From NCBI RefSeq assembly GCF_009834535.1, contig NC_045707.1:48114001-48178000 (forward strand): DNA of 64,000 nt, given 5' to 3'. This document shows, in pieces, positions 48,431-61,814 of the stretch. Source of the stretch: Camelus ferus. Lineage: Eukaryota. The translations under genes were made by a program, and so were the position numbers. The notes beneath the pieces are model-generated. The model worked only from the letters and a program-made list of their open reading frames with translations, ran no database searches and was not told where the DNA came from. How positions within the stretch are numbered: position 1 is the first letter of the stretch; each line of letters begins with the position of its first letter.

Positions 48431-51400
48431 GAATGGAATCTGGTGTTTTGTAATGGGGTTTTCTTGTACTGGTAACTTAGGAAGACATATTCATATGGTT
48501 TCAGATGGGAACATCTGGGGGCCCATCAGGTGGGAGTGATGAATGGGTCCTGAGGCTGCAACTGACCTGGAAAGGTTGATGAGGGAGCCCATTAATAACA
48601 TCACACAAATGGATTTCATATGCAGATGGGTGGGCCAGCCACAGTTCACTTATCAGCTAATACAGTCGTAATGTGTTGCTTTCTATCTGAGAGAAGGCGG
48701 CCACCTTAGGATGTTATGTGTGTCTCATGCACATATATAAATGAATTCCTTTTGAGGTAAATGCAGTTTAAGTTGATAATTCATCGTCTCTGAACAGTAA
48801 GCCAACAATTTTCCTGGAAATCTAGTGAAACAACAGTTCTATGGCCAGCCTTATGCTTTGTTGCATGTACGCTTTAAAAAAGCAGAATGACTTTTTCCTT
48901 TTCTGTTTTAGAATTGGTTCCAAACTGTAAAGGCTGCCAGAAAAAACAGACAAACTCTTAGGAACAACAATGCCCATTATGTGTAGGGTAGAAGCTGCCA
49001 GACTTTGATTTCTGGCCAGACATTAACCCTTTTAGTGTCTTAGAGGGGAAATGACAAGTCTGAATCCAGACACTTCCAGGATTTTCCAGTCACTTATAGT
49101 GTGAGACCAGGTGATTTATAATGACTTGTGCAAAAAAGGACTATTGTGAGAAGGAAGTGCAAGTTCAAGGCCACATCTCCTTGTTTCCTGAATTCTGCCG
49201 TGACTCATTCTGGCAAGCGGACATCGATTCCATAGCCTCTGCTTTTGCTTTTGCAGACCTGCTGGTCGTGGGTGAGAGGCATGGCACTGTTGCCACCTGT
49301 CTGGCTTGTGTTTTCAGCTGGATGTCACAAGGAGAGAGCCAATTTGGCACTCTCAGAGGAAAACACATGGCTTCCTAGAGGCCACCATTTACTGAAACGC
49401 TGCTAGAAAAGAGAATTCCTGCAGACTCTTCTGTGATCAGTTTCTTCCCCTTGTCATACACCCCATAGGTCGACAGACTGTATCCCATTTTGAGTGCTCA
49501 GATCAGCAGAGAGCAATGCAATTTATAGTAGGAAGATGATGGTATATGTTCTGTATATATATGTGTGTATTTCATTTGTTCTTTATGTATATTTATTGAT
49601 AGTCTACTATGGGATGGCTGGGGATACTACGTTAATTACAGTCATAATCATAGCTACCATTTATTGAGAGCTTATTGCATATTGGTATCATGTTAAACAT
49701 TTTACATACACATACTTTAACTCACTTAATCCTTAAAAAAAAACCGTTATGAAGTAGCCCCATTTTATACACTAGTAAATTGAGTTCCAGAAAACTTGAG
49801 AGCACATGGCTTGTTAATGTCAGAGCTAGGATTCATATCCAAGTCGGTCAGATATAAAACCCATTTCCTCATTCATTTTGCGAAATTGCTTTCCTAAAGA
49901 TGAATACAAATATAAAAAGGCATTTACTTAATTTCTTGGAATTCACATTCCGGTTGGCAAGAAAGGCGTATGATGCAAAATGGAAAAGGCTATATCACAG
50001 CCATGTACAAAATACCATAATTAACTAATTCTACTGGAGTGGGGGGAGACGGTGGGAGAGAGTAGAGGAGGGCTCCAGAGAGATAGTGGTACTTGAATTA
50101 TGTCTCTAGGAAGTGAGATACTTATGAGATGGGGGAACAGTGAGGGAGAGAGAGAGAGAAATTCAGTTGGGTGTCCTTTATTGTAGGAAGAGACCTGGAC
50201 TTATTCAGAGGCAAAGAGACTTCTGACTTAACAGTGCGATTCTCTGATACACAATAGAGGAACACGGCAGTGGGGAATTCTTCAAGGTTGCTTCTCCACT
50301 TACCATGTCCTTGTCTCTGCCCTCTCTGTTCTCATGGCATTGCCATGCTTCACTAAAAGGGGACACAGGGAGGAAGTGAGTTCAGCCTGGGTAAATTAGA
50401 GGCAGTGATGACTGTTGTGGAGACCACAGGAAAGAGAAACAGAAGTAACCTATCTCTTTGCTCACTGTGCTGGTGGGACCCTTATGGGATGACTGTTTCA
50501 CCGATGAAGGTGTCCCTAGCCCTGAAGTGAGAATGCAGGCTTTGGCTGTGTTTTAGTACCAAGTGGAGGGGAAAAGGAATTGAAACACATGGTTCTCTTC
50601 AATTGTATTATTTCAACCTGAAGGACATGGCTGCCCAGTCCTTTCACTAGAGACAGCGGCCCGGGATAGATACAGAACAGAAATAGCACCCACAGATAAC
50701 CCTACACAAAGATGACTGTGTTAAAGGCAAGACTCTATCTGAACACTGGGACATAAAGTGATCACCTGTTCAGTCCCAGCCAGGGAAGCAATAGCCTCTA
50801 AGAAAAAGAGAGCAATGATCTTACAGCCAGGATGCTACTGAGCTTGGGCTGTTCTGTTTAGAACAAATGAGAATCAGTCAACATAGATGCAACCCACATT
50901 GTTGGCAACCACATCACAATTCCTTGGGGTTTCACTCTGAGAAGGTGAGACTTTGAAATCTGGGGGGGGGGGGGTTAAGATTTCATATTGGAATGATCAC
51001 TGCACTGTTCATGTGCAGTAATAATTCTGGGTTTTATGCACGTTTTAAAAAGGGATACTGGACTTTCCTCTATTCATTGCCAAGTCCTCCCTGCCTCCAA
51101 ATCTTCCTATAAAATGCTTCTTCTCTAGTCTTTAAATATATCCTGGGACTGAATATGATTATGGAATATTTACATGCATCCTTGTCTACTGAATCAAAAG
51201 ATCATGAAAAAAAAATGCCCATCATTAAAGCCCCAACGTGATTGGATTGGCATAGGGAACGGGGATGGAGCTGGCATGGGAGAGAGGATCTGACTCTGAG
51301 ATTTCATGAAATCAAAAACAATAGGACAGCTGCTTTTCCATAAACAGATTATTATTATTATTTCTACCTAGACAGCTTGATAGCAGCCATTATCTTCTTT

Positions 51401-52749
51401 CTGGGTGTCTTATCAAGTTCCGGCTGTGTGCAGCATGGGTGATAAGGAATGAGAAATGTCACCCATGGGATTGCCAAGGATTATTTCTATGCACTGCTGT
51501 TCAGCAACAGCCAATCCCTTAGAACTGAGAGTAGTCCTATTGTTCGCGCTAGGCAGTCGCTATTCTGACTACACCAAGAGAGCAGAAAGAGGATGTAGTT
51601 GCCATTGTATGAAGGATTGAAATTTCATTACTCTCAGCTAAAGTTCAGGCAGTCTTGATTTTGAAAAGCAGAATCATCATGGAATATCTTTGAAGAGGGA
51701 GAAGACAAGGGAAGGAAAGAAGAATGAAATGAGCTCGAGCTTTTCAGGCCTATGAGGGAGTGTAAAAAAAAAAAAAAGAGAGCGAGAGAAAGGTATAATC
51801 CTTTCAATCACTGGGACTTAAAATGCCAGGCATAGACGCCTCAAAGGAATTGAATAACATCATATAACCATTACTTGTGATCCAATTGTTTAATGCAAAT
51901 ATCCATCCTGCATGTTACTCCAGAAAATAGTTGATTTACTAGATTTCTGTTTAATTCTCTCTGTTTCATCCTAAATTCTTGAATGAAATTAATCCATGGA
52001 CAGGGAACATTTCCTTTGCTTCTCAATTAAAAATAAGAAATTATAGATGTAATTGTGCTGGCTCAAAATATTTGAGGGAAAAAACACAATCTTAATGTGT
52101 TTTTGTTACAGTAACTCAGCTTTCTAACCTTTTATCTGCCTAGAGGGAAGACTGCATGAGGGAAAAACAAAAGCAAAAACTAAAGCATACAGCTAACCTG
52201 TGCTACATTCACATCGAATTTCCTCCCAAAGTGTTCAGAGGGCTTCCATCTTCTTTATACACAGTTTTAGGGCCATGCTGATACTATAATGGACGCTGCT
52301 TGCAAGTGAGCCAAATAAAATTTTTCCAGCGTCTTAAATCACTATTCTGAAATTGGAATTTCAAATGAATAAAATGCTTTGCTCTTAAACCAACAACTTC
52401 TGAAATTAGCTCTCAGTTGTAGGATCGTTAAGACAGGGAGTAGGCGGAGGTTGGGAAGGTAAAGAGCAGAGAGAGGGGTGCAGAGGAGGGAAGGAGGACG
52501 TGGGAAAAGAGGACAGGGTCTGACTCCCTTGGGGCGTGTGAGCTCCAGGAGAGCAAGACCTGCTCTCGCCGTTTTTAACAACATCTCGGACAGAGTCTTA
52601 GGAGGTATTTGCTAAGTAAATTAGTGAGAGGTGTGTAGAAAATATGGTTTCAGTGTTAATATAGCCAGAGGAACATTTTCCCAACTAAACAAGCTATTTT
52701 AGTTTTCTTTGCCATTAAGCATTTATTAGGAAGCCTAGAGCATCTCCGG

Positions 52750-52908
52750 CTTTAACACATATAGGAATTATCTGGAGATCGTGTTAAAATCCAGATTCTG
52801 ACTCAGTAGGCCTGGGAGAGGGTCTGAGATTCTGCATTTCCGTCGGGCTCCCACAGAATGCTGATGCGACTGGCCCATGGAGTGTGGTCTGAGTAGCAAT
52901 GTGCTAGA
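52750..52908. mobile_element. MER5A-like (hAT-Charlie)
   Basis: AGATTCTGACTCAGTAGGCCTGGG..GGGTCTGAGATTCTGCATTTC, TGAGTAGCAA. Confidence 0.8.
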
Positions 52909-53479
52909 GTAATACATGGGGGCCGGGGGCATGGGCGCTGGACTGGGAGTCATAAGCTCTGAGTTCTAGTCTCTGACATTAACCATCTGTGTTTTTAAGC
53001 CAATTGATTCATTTTCTTAACCCTGGTTTCCCCATCTATATAATGAATGAGTTGCATCTACGGAATTTCTAGGGTTCTTACAGACTTAATATTTTAAAAT
53101 GAAAAGAAGAAAGAAAGACAGAAAGAAAGAAAAGAAGGAAGAAAGAAAGAAAGAATTTAGAGAATGCTCAGTTTGTCAAAGCTGCACAGGTAACTTGACA
53201 TAGCTGAATTGTGATTCAGCTGATTTATTTTTCCACTACCATTTCTTTTATCATTATTAATAATTTTTGTGGAATGCCTACAATTTGCCTGATGCAATGT
53301 TAAGTGTTAGGAATACAAGGATGAGTATCATATTTTATTGTCAAATCCCTTGCCTGATTAACTGAGAGCATTCCATGCTGCAAGGTGTCAACCAGCTAAT
53401 CAATGCCAATGTCTAGTATGTGTGTTAATATGCTAGCCCCCCTCCTCTGTGATGTAACATATTAATGCTTATTAATGGC

Positions 53480-54028
53480 TTCAGTAGAATGCTTGCAAAG
53501 ATGGCCAATTCTCCAACTCTCCCCATATCTACTCTCTTTGCTGTATGATTTTCGAGCTGATCACATCAAAAGGTGGAATTTCTTTCCCTACTCCCTGACT
53601 TCGGGCTGGCGTTTGTGACTTGCTTTGGCTAACACAATGCAGTGACGGGAATAAAGTGCCAGTTCTCAGTCCTGGCCTCAATAGGCTATGCCTACTTTTG
53701 TTTCCTCTCTCAGATCCCTACCACTGCCATAAAGAACAGGCCTGGGATAGCCTCCTGGAGGACAAAGGTCACAAGGAGTGACCAGTTGTCCCAGGTGAAG
53801 CCAATCTAGACCAGTCTGCAGCAAGTCATCCCACAGATAGGTGTGAAAGCTTAACCAAGAGCAACAGAGTTTCTCCCCAAGTCCACTGCTGACCACAGAG
53901 GCACAAGTGAACTCAGCTGAGACCAGGAGAACTGCCCAGCTCATCCATAAAATCCTGAGCAATAGTAAGTGCTTATTAAAGCCACTTAGTTTTGGGGTGC
54001 TTTGTTATGCAGCATAGTTAAGTGATAT
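53480..54028 (+). mobile_element. MaLR LTR MLT1G/H-like
   Basis: TTGCAAAGATGGCC, TGTGACTTGCTTTGGCTAA, AACTGCCCAGCT, end AAGCCACTTAGTTTTGGGGTGCTTTGTTATGCAGCA. Confidence 0.85.
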
Positions 54029-56084
54029 GATGGGCTTCTGGGCACTGAGCTTTAATTCAGATAAATGGGTCTTGTTTGGGTTCTCCCTGGAAGATGTCAG
54101 GTGAGATATTATGTGAGAGGTGTGAACTTTGCTTCCTCTTCCATATTGTTGAGCTGCTTCTCACTTACAAAAAGGGAGGAGCTTAGCTTGAATTATGTTT
54201 TGTTTTACTGATAAAAGAAAAATGTGCACAATGGCGACAGGAAATGCTTAATTCAGACATTTATGTGCAAGGTAACATACAGGCATATTCATTTTTTTAA
54301 AGGAAATGTAAAAGACAGAGCCAAGATCAGAAATCAGGAAAGGAATGTCTGAGTCCCGCTTTTGCCACTTGCATGTATTACCTTGAGCTTCTATCTTCTT
54401 TGTGGTAACCAGCTATAACTGTAGCTGCCTGCCTTCCTTCAAACGTGGCCATGTGTTAGTCAACTTATTTTATTTTCACATAAAAGTATCTAGTAATTAC
54501 TGAGAAGCCATAATTCCCTCTAGAAGTATAATAATAACTACCATATGTGCATGTCACAGTTTTCGAATTGCTCTTATATAAATTATCTCACTTTGATTCT
54601 CCAGTGATGCCTTGAAATACGTATCTTTATATTCTCATTTTACAGATGAGGAACCTCGCTGTTTTCTGAATGCTAGTATTTCTAAAGCTGAGACCATGAG
54701 AGACTTGCTAAAATATGAACCCCACCATTTGGAGTTTTTATTTTAAAGAGTCAAACCTGTTGAGTAGGTCAGACCTCTGGCTTTCATTACCAAGTAGCTA
54801 CCTCTCCTGTCATTACAATTTTTGTCACAACAGCTCTTGTCTATGACGTGCCCTTTGTCTTTTCCCCAAGACATTTTTAAAGTGAGAGAAAGATAATGGT
54901 TATTTTGAAACGACATCTTGGCTTAGTATATATATTCTTAAGCCATTAGATTGTCTATTTAATGATGTTGATGGACTAAACATATGATTAACTTATTATC
55001 ATCAGTACTTAAGCTGTGAATTTTTATTTTTTTTAATTATGTACTTGTGTTGGCTGATAATGTAGGTACTGGACTCATGCAGCTTCTGTCTGAAATATAT
55101 ATAATGGCCTAAGTTTCTGGTGAATATTGCCTAGCCCCTGACTGGTGATTTAAGTTTCACCAAAGGTTATGAGTCTTACAAGGCAGAGTTATTTCCTCTG
55201 TGCTACTTAATTTTAAGTGCTGTAATTATTTTGACCATCTCTTGTAACTGTTCCAGTACCACATTTTGATAGTGTGAAGGAGAGCGGCTATTGTGACATT
55301 GTAAAAGCTGCCTTTTATTGAGAGATCTTAGTGTGTGAGAGCCAACATGCTAAGTGTTCTACTCAGTTTTCACAACAGCCCACTGAGATGAGATCTTTTA
55401 TCATCCCTCTTTTACAGACAAGGGAACTGAAGCACAAGAAGGTTAAGTAAATTGCCCAAAGTCATACAGCTAGTAAGTGACAAAGCTAGATTTTTAGCTC
55501 AGGCCATTCGAGTAGGAAATTCCTATATCATATACTGCTGTATTTCTTGGACCGTAAGATTTTTCTTTAAATCAGACATCAAAAAATGATAAATATCAGT
55601 TTAGCCATAGCAGTGCTATATCATCAAAAATTGTATGTGTCACAGGCAGACTAGGTACTATGAACTCCCTTGCAGAAATCTCCCAGTAATCAACCTCCAG
55701 TAGGACGTTTTCCCCTGTCTATTAGACATGCAGACAATGTAAAAGAAGGAGAGGAAATTCTCCCTCTTTGTAGGAGAATTTGGGAGGATAGAGTTGATTC
55801 TATAAGGTCTGAAGGTCATAGTAGGGAGGCAATGGATAGCAGTTCTTGAAATTAGTTCATTTCAAGATGCCATCATGCAGATTTCAGCTGGGTCTGCCAG
55901 TTCTTGAAACATAGGCAGACTTGATTCTAATTCTGATTCCTCAAATTGAGAAAGCACTATACCACTCCAAAATTTCTTCTCACAGTCCTTTTGACCACAT
56001 CTCACGGGTTCTGTTTACTTCCAAGTCAACAGAGACATAGAAGTCAAACCCTTCAGAGGTTTCTACCAGAAAGCTAATCCATCC

Positions 56085-56557
56085 TTTATGGGTTGACGTG
56101 TGTACTGCAAAAATTTGTATGTCCTAACCCCTAGGACCTCAGAATGTGACCTTATTTGGAAATACAGTTGTTGCAAATGCAGTTAAATTAAGATGAGGCC
56201 ATTCAAGGATGGGGTGGGCCCCTAATCCATTATGACTGGTATCCTTTGACAAAGAGGAAATCTGGACACAGATACAGACACAGGGAGAACTCTTTGCCAA
56301 GATGAAGGCAGAGATCAGGGTGAGGATTTTATACACCAAGGAACACACAAGGAGCATCACAAGAAAGTGATGGCCAGCAAGCCACCAGAATCTAGGGAAG
56401 AGGCATGGAACAGATATTCCTTCTTTGCCAGAAGGGACCAACCTGACTGACACCTTGATCTTGGACATCTAGCCTCCAGAACAGGGATAATAATTTTCTG
56501 TCGTTTATCTAGTCAGTTTGTGGTACTTGGTTATGGCAGCTCTAGTAAATGAACACA
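56085..56557 (+). mobile_element. MaLR LTR MLT1C-like
   Basis: CCTCAGAATGTGACCTTATTTGGAAATA, CCACCAGAA.CTAGG.AAGAGGCATGGAACAGAT, GACACCTTGATCTTGGAC..CTAGCCTCCAGAAC. Confidence 0.88.
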
Positions 56558-57012
56558 CCAACAGACACATCCTGAGTTGGGTAGATTTTACTGAAGATAT
56601 TTGGAGGGAAGGATGTCATAGGGAGGGATGACATCTCACAGCCCACAGCATACTTCCAGTTAAATTGCTCCATCTCTCCCTCCACTCTCCTTCTCATCAC
56701 CTCCATTTCAAGTTAATCTCTAAATACTGAGCTTCAAAATTGTCTTGAATTTTTTAGAATAGCTTTTCCCTTCCTCTGAAGTTACGGCAACAACCAATAT
56801 CTAGACCCTAGGGTTCAGCTCCTGGCCTAAACATTAATCAAAGGACATGCCAAACATAAATAGTAGAGAAATTCCTGTGCCGCATATTACAGTAAGAACA
56901 TTTTCTAGATGGCATGGCTTCAGATCTTGGCTCTGCTATTTACCAGCTGTGTGAACTCCAGCAAGTTACCACACCTCTCTAAAATGAGGATAATAGTAGT
57001 AATACTCCATAG

Positions 57013-57461
57013 TGTCTGTCTGAAGTTCGGTGCTCTGTCAAATAGACTCTGAGGCAGATATTTGTGGAAGGTGGTGCACTGGGGAAAACTCCCAGGAATA
57101 GCACTTTCAGTGAGTGAAAGGAATAGGAAGGGGCAGACGTTGACCTGTGATACATGTACAGTTGGGGTCTCAGCCTTTCTCTCAGGGAGCTGTGGAGCTG
57201 GATAGCCCTTCAGAGTGGTCTCATACTAAGGCAAGGGGGCTGAGACTCTGTCTCCTCTCACCCACAACGACTACTCATTGGAAGAGGGCTACTCCCAGCC
57301 AGGAGGTCATAACCTTTGGTGAGGTTGAAAGCAGTTTCTTGAGAGCAGCTCGGCTCTGAGCAGTCAGTCACCAGCACTGTCTTGGTAGCAGGGGAATGAG
57401 TGTCTCGGCTGCCTGTCTGTCCTGCAGTTAATTTCTGGGACACATTATAGTATTTACTACA
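57013..57461 (-). mobile_element. ERVL LTR16-like solo LTR inserted in a MIR (~56915-57530)
   Basis: AGACTCTGAGGCAGA and GGGAGCTGTGGAGCTGGATAGCCCTTCAGAGT; TG...CA ends. MIR sequence flanks both sides. Confidence 0.7.
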
Positions 57462-58614
57462 GGGTGAAATAAGTTAATACACACGATACTCTTGGAACAG
57501 TACTTGGAGGGTGATAAGTGCTGCATCCATGAGCGTCATCAGACGTTCAAGGTCTACATTTGCATTTTTTAGCTTAATGTAGTTACATACAGTTCACAGA
57601 ATAATTTTACATGGATTTTGATTCTTATAGAGGTCCTGTAGGTGAGTGAAGCAGATATTTCATGAGGAAACTGAAGCTCAGAGCAGTTAAATGACTTGCT
57701 TAGTGCCACTGTTAATAGGAACCTGTCCTTCCCTGTTTTTAGTTTCCTCCTCCCTATTTGCAACCATGGTTAATTTTTGAAACCACAAGTACCCATGTAT
57801 GGGCTCAGTCTCACCAGCTGTAATCTTAGGACATACTGAAGGATTTATAATTCCCTAATCTAACATCAGGGTTCAGCATTAACAATCTGGTGGCAGGCTT
57901 GGCCTTATCCTGAGGCGTGATGACATTGCAAAGGTTGTTGATGGGGTGAATGCATTTCACCAGGGGAGGCTGACCAGCTGGCTGTAAGAGCCCTTGTGGA
58001 GTAGCCTTTATCTTAGTGGATTCTCTGTGTAATTGCGTGTGTCTGGCTTTCTACTTCAAAGACCTGATTTTGTGTTGACTGGGAGTAGAGAAAGCTTTCA
58101 GGGGAAGATACATTAAATACATACAGAGAAGATTGGTATTTAAGCTAGAATTCTGCTTTTTAAAGTCACCCAAAAGACGTGAATTCCCAGAGCAGCACAT
58201 TTTTTTTTTCCCTGTAGGCAAACTAATCAACCATTTGCTTGGTGAGCATAACATCAGAGCAAAGGGAATTGGTTGATCTTAAGAAGAATACCTCAGCTAA
58301 GATATCTGGAGGCCCCTTTTCTCTTCTGTAGGAATACTGGCCTTAATACTTTTGTCTGGCGACCAAAGGCTCCCCCCACCCCTGGTTAGGGTTGTACACG
58401 CACTGCTAGTCTTTGTCTCTGGGAGCCTCATTTTCCTGTGTTCCATGGTTGACCAGCTCCCCTTTTAAGATCATCATATTAATAACTCTAATGGGTTTAC
58501 AGGGAAGGCCTACTGTAGCCAGATGGCCGTTCTAACTCCTTGGAGTGATTTTGCGTGTCTCTGTATTTATTTCATAGTTTAACTCTCAGAGGGCAATACT
58601 ATACCCCTTATGCA

Positions 58615-59100
58615 GAGGGGCAGCAGGGTAAGCAGAGTGTTTAGAACTCAGGTTCTGAAACTGGGTTGCCTTGGCTTACATCTCCGCTTGACTTTTGCTA
58701 ATGTTGTGACTTGGGACTAGTTGCTTTTGCTTGATGTGCCTCAATTTCTTTATCTGCACAATGGAGGTGATAATTGTGCAGATTTCATAGGGTTGTTTAA
58801 GGATTTAATGAATAATTTATATAAAAGATTTAAAAGGGTGGCTGGCAAAAAATGCTAATTAGGTCTTAATTAATGATGTATGTCATACAAACTATTGCTT
58901 ACAAACTAATAATCAGAGTGAGCATTTATTGAGTGCTTATATAATCCAGGCACTGTTATAGAACTTTTACCTGAATATCATGTAATCTTTCCCAAACTCA
59001 GTAGGATGGAAAACATTTTGAGTCTATTTTATAGATAAGGAAATGGTAATACAGAGATTAGAAACCACGAAAAAGGGATAGAGTAGGTGACCTGGAGGAA
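58615..59100. mobile_element. MIR (+) and MIR (-) pair
   Basis: TGTGCCTCAATTTCTTTATCTG; AGCATTTATTGAGTGCTTA...TTTTATAGATAAGGAAA. Confidence 0.7.
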
Positions 59101-60293
59101 TCAAGATTTTCATCTCTACGTATCACCTATATGTTCGAATCCTACAAATAAACTTCAACACTGCCCCCTGTGCTAGAGTCCTTTCCTTGGTAATATGGTG
59201 ACTCAGACTAGTGTGACACAACATTGTAAATCAATTATATGTCAATTAAAAAAGAATAGTGCCCTACAATGCTTCTTCCAATCCCACAAGAGGAAAACTA
59301 GATCTTTCATGTCACCAGGAAGCTGGAGCTCTATTACCTACTGATCCTTGCCCCTGTTTCTCCAGCTTGCTCATCCCACTATCTGAGCAGTACTGTGAGT
59401 ATGGTCCCCCTTATCCCAGGCTACTCAACCTGCCGGGGCTTCTCTAACTGTGTCAAAGTCCCCTGATAGCAACTGCCGTGTAAGTCTTTACCTGGTCCCT
59501 GCTGCAGTTCCTCAAGGTACCATACTCTACCTGCTCAACTGGACTTCCTTCAAACATAGGCAGTCAGAGTCCCCCTCTCTTGGGCCTCAGTGCCTGCCCC
59601 TGCTGCACTCCAAGGTGGAGGATGGTCACAGGTCTTCGCTCCCTTGCATTGCCTGTTGGATAGTCCTTAACCAGAGAAATCTCATAGCAGTCTTGGAGTA
59701 TAATTATAAGAGGTATAACTGGAATCGAATCCATGTCTCCTGACTTTACATCCTAAAGAGGCAGGGATTGAGGCTGAATTACATAGGAAGAACTCTGAGT
59801 TAGCTGAAGACAGTTCAGAGGTCAAGCAGGTCAAGAATGGGCAAGAAGGAATTCGAGACCACTCTCAATCTTTATTGCTCTTTGTAACTTGAATCTTTCA
59901 GGTGGGTGATGCGTAGGGTAAGGAGGGTAAGCAAGTTTAAAGGGCCTTGGCTACTGGGATAGTCTCAGATTCTTTGTCTTTTACCAGGGTCCATCACCTC
60001 ATCATCTTAAGTCTTAGGAGTGTGTATACTGTTTAGCTACAGAAGAAACTCTTCTAGAGTGTCCCAATTTATTAAATATGCTGAAGCCTATTATTGAACA
60101 GAGGAGGTAGAATTTTCTTTATGTGATTGATGAAAGCATGTTATGAGGCTCTGATCCAGCCAGGATTATCATATTGTTCTTGGACAGCATTGGGTGATTG
60201 GGCACTCTGTATTGCTGCCTTAGCTTCTGCATTCCAGCGCTTTTAAAAAGCTTTAAACTGTTTCATGTCCCTGTACTTTTAGTGTTGTTGAAT

Positions 60294-60690
60294 TTTTTTT
60301 TAATTTGTAACTTTTTATAATTAGATTAGGTAATTAGATTTATTTGTTTATTTTATTTATTTTTTATTTTTTAACATTTTTTATTGATTTATAATCATTT
60401 TACAATATTGTATCAAATTCCAGTGTAGAGCACAATTTTTCAGTTATACATGAACATATATATATATATATTCATTGTCACATTTTTTTCTCTGTGAGCT
60501 ACCATAAGATCTTGTGTATATTTCCCTGTGCTATACAGTATAATCTTGTTTATCTATTCTACAATTTTGAAATCCCGTCTATCCCTTCCCACCCTCCTAT
60601 TTGTTTATTTTAAATGGAGGTACTGGGGATTGAACCCGGCACTTTGTGCATGCTAAGCACATACTCTGCCACTGAGTTATACCCTCCCCA
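60294..60690 (-). mobile_element. Second camelid Vic-1-like SINE, interrupted by L1
   Basis: GGAGGTACTGGGGATTGAACCC...GCATGCTAAGCAC..ACTCTGCCACTGAGTTATACCC head; AGGTAATTAG tail as in the 22-kb copy. Confidence 0.88.
60356..60597 (-). mobile_element. Young 5'-truncated L1 with a 15-bp TSD
   Basis: Poly-T followed by the L1 3' UTR (TATTTCCCTGTGCTATACAGTA). TATTTGTTTATTTTA is duplicated at 60341-60355 and 60598-60612. Confidence 0.9.
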
Positions 60691-61766
60691 CCATGTCCAA
60701 GTCCTTTTGTCTCTCCTGTCCCTTCTACAGGTGGTACCCCTCCCTTCTCTTTAAGACAAAGCTGGAACATTCTCTGACTTGGGGCTTTCTTGTGTTGTGT
60801 GCATGCCTCTATTGTAATAATAATACCTGATATTTCTTGAATGCTAATTACAAATCAAGCACAACCAATTTATGAGCTAAATGTTATTGTTATCTTCATA
60901 TAACAGATGAAAACTGAGACTTTAAGTAAGTTAATAACTGTCCCAAGGGGATCTGTGTAAACAGAGTTCAAATCCAGACATCTGACTTCAGAACCCAAGT
61001 TTTAACCACCATGTAAGCTGTCTGCAGCTCATGTATCTGTTCATTCATCCATCTTGCATATATTCATTGAGAGCTTCCTACATGTAGAAAACTCTTGGAC
61101 CTAAAAATACAACAGTGAACAAAACAGATAAAATCTCTACCTTTATGCAGTTTGCATTCTATTGGAGGAGACTGACAATAAACAAATATAATGTAATTCC
61201 AGGAAGTTGTAAATGCAGTGAAAAAAATGTACAGAAGAAGAAAACAGAGGGCTTTGGAGAATAGCTATTTTAAGTGGCAGAGTGGCTGTTGCTCTGAGGA
61301 GGGGTTGTATGAGTAGAGACCTGACTAAATGACATTATTTTCTGCACCACAAAAAATGTGGTCTCTTTTTTAAAGGTAGGGCTTGGTTTGTTTACATCCC
61401 TCCAACATGCTTCCAGATTTATGGTACCCAAAAGATGATTGTAGGATGAAAAGAGGAATACGATTATGAACACGAAACAAGGGGCTAGAAAGTCATGTCT
61501 GAAGTAATGAGTGATTAATGAGAGCATCTTCCTGGGGGTTTAATTGGAGGAGACTGCAGTAAGCAAATTCTCCTCTTAAATCCTTGCATTTCAAGGCCTA
61601 GTGTCTACCTAGCCAAGAAATACATGCTACCCCTCTCCCCAGTGTTTTTTGTGGCTTGCGTTTTCATTGGCTAAATATATTTCAATCCACAATCCACAGG
61701 GAGCCTTGGTCTGCTCTTTTCTTACAGAAACTTTACAAACAGGAATGATTGTATCTGTCTACTGAA

Positions 61767-61814
61767 TATTCCTGTAACTACCTCCAGCGCTATTCCTGTA
61801 ACTACCTCCAGCAC
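61767..61814. repeat. 24-bp tandem duplication
   Basis: TATTCCTGTAACTACCTCCAGCRC x2. Confidence 0.95.
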
